A DNA stretch of 64,000 nt from Anthoceros angustus (lineage: Eukaryota; Plantae; Anthocerotophyta). The position numbers and the translations under genes are program-made. Of this stretch, positions 59,949-64,000 are shown piece after piece. Numbering within the stretch: position 1 is the stretch's first letter; the number at the start of each line of letters is the position of its first letter. Under the pieces are notes generated by a model. The model did not search any database. It worked only from the letters and a program-made list of their open reading frames with translations, and was not told where the DNA came from. Where the stretch lies: assembly GCA_010909165.1 (NCBI GenBank), contig MU008201.1, forward strand, positions 62,001-126,000. Direction: 5' to 3'.

Positions 59949-61773
59949 CATAGAGTACTTGGCCCGATTCCGGACGGACCACAAATCGGAATTAGCCCCC
60001 ACGGCCTGTAACTCAGACATAAGAATCGGGTTTCAAAGAAACTCTAGCATTCCTTACGCCATAAGTATTGCTATATAAAGTTAAATATCTCTGGTCATGA
60101 TAGATAAGGATCACCACATCAAATCACCTAAGATACTATTTTCTAGTCTAATTTGGGTATCTCAATTGAGAAACTCAATTTTGGCTATCTTAAGATACAT
60201 GAATTTAATGTCCTATGGCTATTACCGAGAGTGGTTTACCAACTCCACACCACCATCAATGAATGCCAGCCTGCCTCTTAAAGTTCTGCTCAAAATTGAG
60301 CAGAGAACCCTCTTTGCTACTCAAGTTTTCCCGCCTTCTCCACACATCTTCATAAACCCAAATTTAGTGAAGGAAGACTTCCTCTTCTTGAATCTAATCT
60401 TCAGCTCTCCAGCTCATGTTATTGCTGCCTGCAATACACATCAAACTCTCTCAGCTGGTTTCAGAGCTGCTGGTATATGGCCATTAGATACTAGTACAAT
60501 GGATTGCAATTTTGGTCCTTTAATCCGTCATAGGCAAGAATGGGTAGGGAATGGACAGTGGAGGGATAACGTGGAAAGCCTGCAGGATCTTGGGCAGGAC
60601 ATAACAACTGCAAGTGAGAGTCGGCTACTTCATGAAGAAGGCGATATGGAAAATGCACAGGGTCACCTGCAGGAGGATGAAGTTGCTAACCTGTAATTTC
60701 AAATGTCTCAAAGCCCCGGACAAGATGCAGATTGCTGACCTCAGAACTGGAATAGCGCATTCGTGGAAAATGGTGAGCTGTCACTCAATGCAGTAGCTGC
60801 AGTTGACATAAACAAGGAGGGAACTGAGGGCTTGTGTGATATGGATCTTGCCCAAGTTCAGCAAGATCAGCTTCAAAGCTCGAATGATTTGGAACTCTTG
60901 CCAGCAGAGATGACCGCCCATATGGAGGCTATCTTGAGCACTACTTCTCATCATCCTCCACACACACTTCATAGGAGAAAAGGTAAGGCCTTCCAACGAG
61001 CAATTGTTCTGACTAGCGAGACATTCATCTTGGTAGAGAGAGCAAAGGAGATGGAGATGTATGAAAGGGAGACATCTGCAGCAAGGAAAGCAGCAGAAAG
61101 GTTAGAAAGGCAAGTTGCAATTGAACAAAAGAAGATTGAAGTTGCAAAACGGAAAGCGGAGGAAGCATTAGCAAAAGCCCAGAAAAAGGAGATGGAAATC
61201 GCAGACAAAAGGGCTAGGAGGGAGGACGCTCTTGCACAAAAGTTGGCATTGAGAGCTCACGTTGCAGCTGGAAAAGAAGCTGCTAGGGAGGCTTGCCGGG
61301 CAAGTCAAGCAGCCATAGCAGCTGCTATTTGCAAGATGGGCCCCAACTGAGGGGCTGCTTTTGTCGCCATAGCTAGAAGAAGTGTCGGGCAAACACTCTG
61401 TTTGTTGTGTAAGGTTTGTTGTCTCGCCACCACCCCTTTGTCTAGATGCAGTGTGAGCTTGTCCAGTCCACTAGCCATTTGTCCAGTAGCCGCCCATTGC
61501 TGTCCGCATGCCCAGCAATTGTGTCCGAGACATCATGGCGATGGCCTGTCTAGATGCCCAACTGTCTGGGAGAGAAGTTTGCAATTCCGAACTCTGGTTT
61601 CATATAAGCTTATATATATACGTATTTTATACAAATTTTGGTTGATATACGGTACTTCAATAAGAACTGAAGAGACGTATCCAAAAAGTATTTTTCTATA
61701 TTTTTTGACTCAGTAAAACGCACACTATGATTTTCCGCAATTGCTTGGCCGGAATCGGGCCAAGGACTCCATG
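59949..61773 (+). mobile_element. pogo/Fot1-like DNA transposon (DDE_1 family), internally deleted
   Basis: TIRs CATAGAGTACTTGGCCCGATTCCGG and CATGGAGTCCTTGGCCCGATTCCGG (23/25 identical) with TA on both sides. Remnant LSAGFRAAGIWPLD plus a charged coiled-coil tail (AIVLTSETF...EIADKRARREDA) typical of the region after the DDE_1 domain. Confidence 0.85.
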
Positions 61774-61896
61774 TATGTCGTAGTTTTAGGTTTCGAGTTT
61801 AGGTTTCGGTATTTAGCCAGGAAGCCCTAGATATGTATCCTTTTCGTTGCAACTCATAGTAGTTTGTTCTTACGGCGATCAGCGGGATCGCCCACC

Positions 61897-63074
<1,178 letters not shown>

Positions 63075-63220
63075 ATTTCTTTAGTGGCGGTGTCCTAATT
63101 TTTAGCACTCGGGGTAATTCCATACGGCGAGAGTTGTCATCGCGGGGACCCGAAATTAGGTTGGACATTTTGAAGCAGCTGTCCTTGAGGATCCTAGATG
63201 GGTCATTTGTTCGAGTATGA

Positions 63221-63385
63221 TTAGTGTTTCTTTGCCCTCCGATATATGGATTCGTTGCGCTGTGACTGTAAATTGGTCCTTGGGTCTTGCTGTCTTCCTG
63301 AAATCAAATCCCAGTCTGTTACGCTGCTGCATGGGACCTGCAAGCAACGCGTCTTTCCATCGAGGAACTTCACCAACATCTGATA
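63221..63385 (-). pseudogene. Possible degenerate SDE2-like ubiquitin-fold N-terminal fragment
   Basis: YQMLVKFLDGKTRCLQ resembles plant SDE2 N-termini as recalled. The following sequence loses similarity and the GGKGG cleavage motif is absent. Confidence 0.35.
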
Positions 63386-64000
63386 GCCAGGCACAGCGAC
63401 GCCATTACGCGACCCGATCACGCTTTCGGCTCTGTTCCGGTCCCTGGGCTTCCAAGATTTTTGCACAACCCTCTTTAATCATTATTTTAAGTTACGGGAA
63501 AGAAAAACAGGCGGAAGTGCAATCAGACTCAAGACTCGTTTGACCAGGCACCTACCTAGACATAAATTTTCGATTCCATTATTTTACGATCCCTGTTCAC
63601 AACCCTTCCCAGCACGGTTGGATTCGGCGACGTTTCATTTCCCCGCATACATACCTAGAGAGGTTCTTAATAAAATCTGACATGGCCAAGTCTAGTTCGT
63701 TTGCCGGTGTACCCAGGGGCTGCAGTCGGAGCTGTTGCGGTTGTCATTTCTTCTAGAAACGTCAACCACGGCTCCCGGTAATTAGGTTGCCTCCGATAAG
63801 AAGCATAGGAAGCCAACCACATCTGTCAATCGACCGGGGCGAGTGACAGAAAGATAGTCTCGTATCAGCACTCGCAGTAGAAAAGGGACGTTCAGGCACT
63901 CGCCACAATACTTGGATCGATGCTCCTGCCTATCGATGGTACTTTGCCACTCCTTCGGGTGAGAGATCGTCTGCTGGTATTGCGGACAAACTCGTTGCTG

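Overview
Eukaryotic nuclear DNA from a seed-free land plant, most likely a hornwort (inferred from WW-type PLS-PPR C-termini, short GT-AG introns and high gene density; a fern or lycophyte is not excluded). Host genes: a head-to-head pair of PLS-E+ PPR editing factors, a His-rich NiCoT/RcnA-like membrane protein, an 11-exon ABCC/MRP transporter, an intronless class-3 lipase, a small Cys-rich protein ending in a CaaX box, a secreted LysM protein, RPN5, a two-domain secreted nucleoside hydrolase (NSH3-like), an intronless TIP-like aquaporin with an H/H/A/R filter, an RWA/Cas1p O-acetyltransferase and RPS4. Pseudogenes: exostosin GT47, CCT7 and possibly SDE2. Mobile DNA could be resolved to the base. 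There are two pogo/Tigger-like elements with TA target sites and a MULE with a 9-bp TSD carrying a SWIM-protein N-terminus. A three-level nest runs from a CRE-type RLE retrotransposon (26-bp TSD) to a CACTA (3-bp TSD) to a deleted Copia (5-bp TSD). Best leads: (1) a GATGGR/YCCATC 3' stem-loop kept, with compensatory change, in five otherwise diverged retrotransposon ends; (2) the Cys-rich CaaX protein; (3) the hybrid aquaporin filter; (4) the MULE-borne SWIM fragment; (5) the divergent PPR pair lacking DYW; (6) a duplicated splice acceptor that would create a poison isoform. All homology calls come from recalled family motifs; no database search was run.
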